DNA of 64,000 nt from an uncultured Bryobacteraceae bacterium (GTDB lineage Bacteria; Acidobacteriota; Terriglobia; Bryobacterales; Bryobacteraceae), in assembly GCA_937924525.1 (NCBI GenBank), contig CALDSU010000002.1:311069-375068 (forward strand), read 5' to 3'. Below are positions 62,347-64,000 of this stretch, in pieces. The notes below the pieces were generated by a model. The model had not been told where the DNA came from and did not search any database. It saw only the letters and a program-made list of their open reading frames with translations. Both the position numbers and the translations under genes were made by a program. Within the stretch, counting starts at the first letter, position 1, and each line of letters starts with the position of its first letter.

Positions 62347-64000
62347 CTAGCGAAGCGAGTCTTCGGTTTCGCGCAGCCAATCGGGGCGTTTCAGCACTTC
62401 CCGCGGTTTGCTGCCGTCGGGCGGGCCGATGATCCCGTCGCGATGCATCATGTCCAGAATGCGGGCGGCGCGGCCATACCCCAAACGCAACCGCCGTTGG
62501 AGCGTGGAGGTGGAAGCTTTGCCCATTTCCAGGACCACCCGCAGCGCCTCCTCGTACATCGGATCCTGCACGTCGGTGGCCGGATCGCCGCCCTCGGTTT
62601 CCTCACCGTCCTCCGAGGGCGGCGCGATCAGGTAGGACTGGTCGTATTCCGGCGTGCCTTGCCGCTTCCAGAATTCCACCACGCGGTTGATTTCCGTTTC
62701 CGTCACCAGGGCGCCGTGCACCCGAATGAACTGCGACGAGCCGGGCGGGAGGAAGAGCATGTCCCCTTTGCCGAGCAGGTGCTCGGCGCCCATCCGGTCA
62801 AGAATGGTGCGGGAGTCGACGCGCGTGGCCACGCGGAAACTGATCCGGGCCGGGAAGTTGGCTTTGATCAATCCCGTGATAACGTCCACGCTGGGGCGCT
62901 GGGTGGCCAGCACCAGGTGCATGCCCACGGCGCGGGCCATTTGCGCCAGCCGGGTGACGGACTCTTCGACGTTGTGGCCTTCCAACATCATCAGGTCGGC
63001 CAACTCGTCGATCAGAATCAGGATATAGGGAAGCGGACGCAGGTCTTCCGGCGAGCGGGGCGCGGCGTCCTCCTCGGGGAACAACTCCAGAGGCTCGGCG
63101 CGCAGCGCCTCCAGCTTGCGGTTGAACTGGTCAATGTTGCGCACGCCGTGTTCGGCCAGCAGGCGCAGGCGGCGCTCCATCTCCAGCACCGCGTTCCGCA
63201 GCGCGTTGGTGGCTTTCTTGGGATCCGTAATCACCGGGGTCAGCAGGTGCGGGATGCCCTCATAAAGACCCAGCTCGAGGCGCTTGGGATCCACCATAAT
63301 CATGCGCACCTGGTCCGGCGTGGCTTTGTACAGGATCGACATGATCATCGAGTTGATCATGACGCTCTTACCCGAGCCCGTGGATCCGGCGATCAACAGG
63401 TGCGGCATCGATTCCAGCGCGGCCACTTTGATACGGCCGTTGATGTCCTTGCCGAGCGAAATGGTCAGGTAGGAAGACGACTGGCGGAACTCCTCCGACT
63501 CGAGCACCTGCCGCAGGCTGATCACTTCGCGTTTGGAGTTAGGAACTTCAATACCGACCGTCGGTTTTCCCGGAATCCGCTCGATTCGAATCGATTCGGC
63601 CTGCAAGCCCAGGCACATGTCTTCGGTCAGCGTTGTGATGCGGGAGTACTTCATGCCCGCGTCCGGCTTGAACTCGAAGGTGGTGACGACGGGACCAGGA
63701 TTGATTTGCACCACGTTCCCGCGGACGTTGAACTCTTCGAACTTCGCCTTGATCCGGCCGGCGGTTTCTTTGAGTTCCTGTTCGTCGTAGGGGTTCCGGC
63801 CGGGCGGTTCGTTCAACAACCCGGTCTGCGGTGTACGGTAGGCGCGCTCGGGGGCGGACACGGCGCCGGCGCGTCCCCGCGCCGGCGGCGGAGCAGGCGC
63901 GGGCGCGGGCTCCCAAGGCGGCGCGCCGTCCGGGACTTCCGGCTCGTCAAGCGGCACAATCGGGATCTCATCGAGCGCAGCCGGAGCCTCCGCGGGTTCT
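62347..64000 (-). CDS. ftsK: DNA translocase FtsK (C-terminal linker, motor and gamma domains; 5' end outside the window)
   Basis: Walker A LIAGSTGSGKSV, Walker B ILILIDELADLMM, and a C-terminal winged-helix gamma domain STSTLQRRLRLGYGRAARILDMM. The frame is open from GTG 63957 to the window edge, and the membrane domain is absent from the window. Confidence 0.9.
   Translation of the reverse strand, partial: EPAEAPAALDEIPIVPLDEPEVPDGAPPWEPAPAPAPPPARGRAGAVSAPERAYRTPQTGLLNEPPGRNPYDEQELKETAGRIKAKFEEFNVRGNVVQINPGPVVTTFEFKPDAGMKYSRITTLTEDMCLGLQAESIRIERIPGKPTVGIEVPNSKREVISLRQVLESEEFRQSSSYLTISLGKDINGRIKVAALESMPHLLIAGSTGSGKSVMINSMIMSILYKATPDQVRMIMVDPKRLELGLYEGIPHLLTPVITDPKKATNALRNAVLEMERRLRLLAEHGVRNIDQFNRKLEALRAEPLELFPEEDAAPRSPEDLRPLPYILILIDELADLMMLEGHNVEESVTRLAQMARAVGMHLVLATQRPSVDVITGLIKANFPARISFRVATRVDSRTILDRMGAEHLLGKGDMLFLPPGSSQFIRVHGALVTETEINRVVEFWKRQGTPEYDQSYLIAPPSEDGEETEGGDPATDVQDPMYEEALRVVLEMGKASTSTLQRRLRLGYGRAARILDMMHRDGIIGPPDGSKPREVLKRPDWLRETEDSLR

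Noticed and set aside
1-64000. CRISPR arrays, IS elements, rRNA genes, prophage or known defence systems
   Set aside because: No spaced direct repeats, transposase/integrase motifs (DDE, tyrosine recombinase), rRNA signatures or restriction/abortive-infection gene sets were seen in any frame. The only nuclease-fold gene is the solitary Uma2.

Overview
High-GC bacterial chromosomal window (about two thirds G+C by eye, not computed). It is densely coding: about 54 protein genes, 2 tRNAs and 2 probable gene remnants. I saw no rRNA, CRISPR array, transposase, integrase or phage genes. The protein repertoire (CarboxypepD_reg-type TonB-dependent receptor, FG-GAP propeller, Tat-signal secreted proteins of unknown family, ECF sigma/anti-sigma) suggests an Acidobacteriota-like organism; this is inference only. 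Layout, left to right: (1) A hypothetical gene, an ECF sigma/anti-sigma pair and a PAS hybrid histidine kinase (0-5.4 kb). (2) A 12-gene NADH:quinone oxidoreductase operon on the minus strand, ordered nuoA-C-D-E-F-G-H-J-K-L-M-N, with no nuoB and no nuoI (5.5-18.5 kb). (3) thiS and a MerR regulator, then a 449-nt non-coding gap. (4) An enolase-superfamily gene divergent from an operon encoding an FG-GAP protein, a propeller hydrolase-like protein, a Kelch protein, an MFS transporter and an unknown protein, three junctions ATGA-coupled (19.8-27.7 kb). (5) folE plus two tandem 6-pyruvoyl-tetrahydropterin synthase paralogs. (6) A TlpA-like redoxin, a GlcD-like FAD oxidase, an APC-like permease and an ABC-F ATPase. 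(7) An FAD oxidoreductase, a TonB-dependent receptor and an unknown secreted protein. (8) tRNA-Gly(UCC) and tRNA-Thr(UGU), flanked by a truncated methyltransferase and a frameshifted BNR protein. (9) A six-repeat Ig/BACON-like secreted protein and another unknown secreted protein. (10) A tight 9-gene operon for the whole methylmalonyl-CoA (Wood-Werkman) route: transcarboxylase 5S, 12S, an OadG-like protein, 1.3S, epimerase, B12 mutase small and large subunits, MeaB and a succinate/propionyl-CoA transferase (47.1-58.0 kb). (11) An NtrY/NtrX-like kinase plus an AAA+ activator with a degenerate GAFTGA loop, a Uma2 endonuclease, and the 3' part of ftsK. Most worth a second look: the nuo operon lacking its two connecting Fe-S subunits; the single-operon Wood-Werkman module, which contains an anchorless OadG-like protein; the glycan/sugar-acid locus with two unassigned Tat-exported proteins; and the PTPS pair in which one copy has lost the catalytic Cys. 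I found no obvious defence or mobile system. All family calls come from motif recognition by eye and need HMM or BLAST confirmation.
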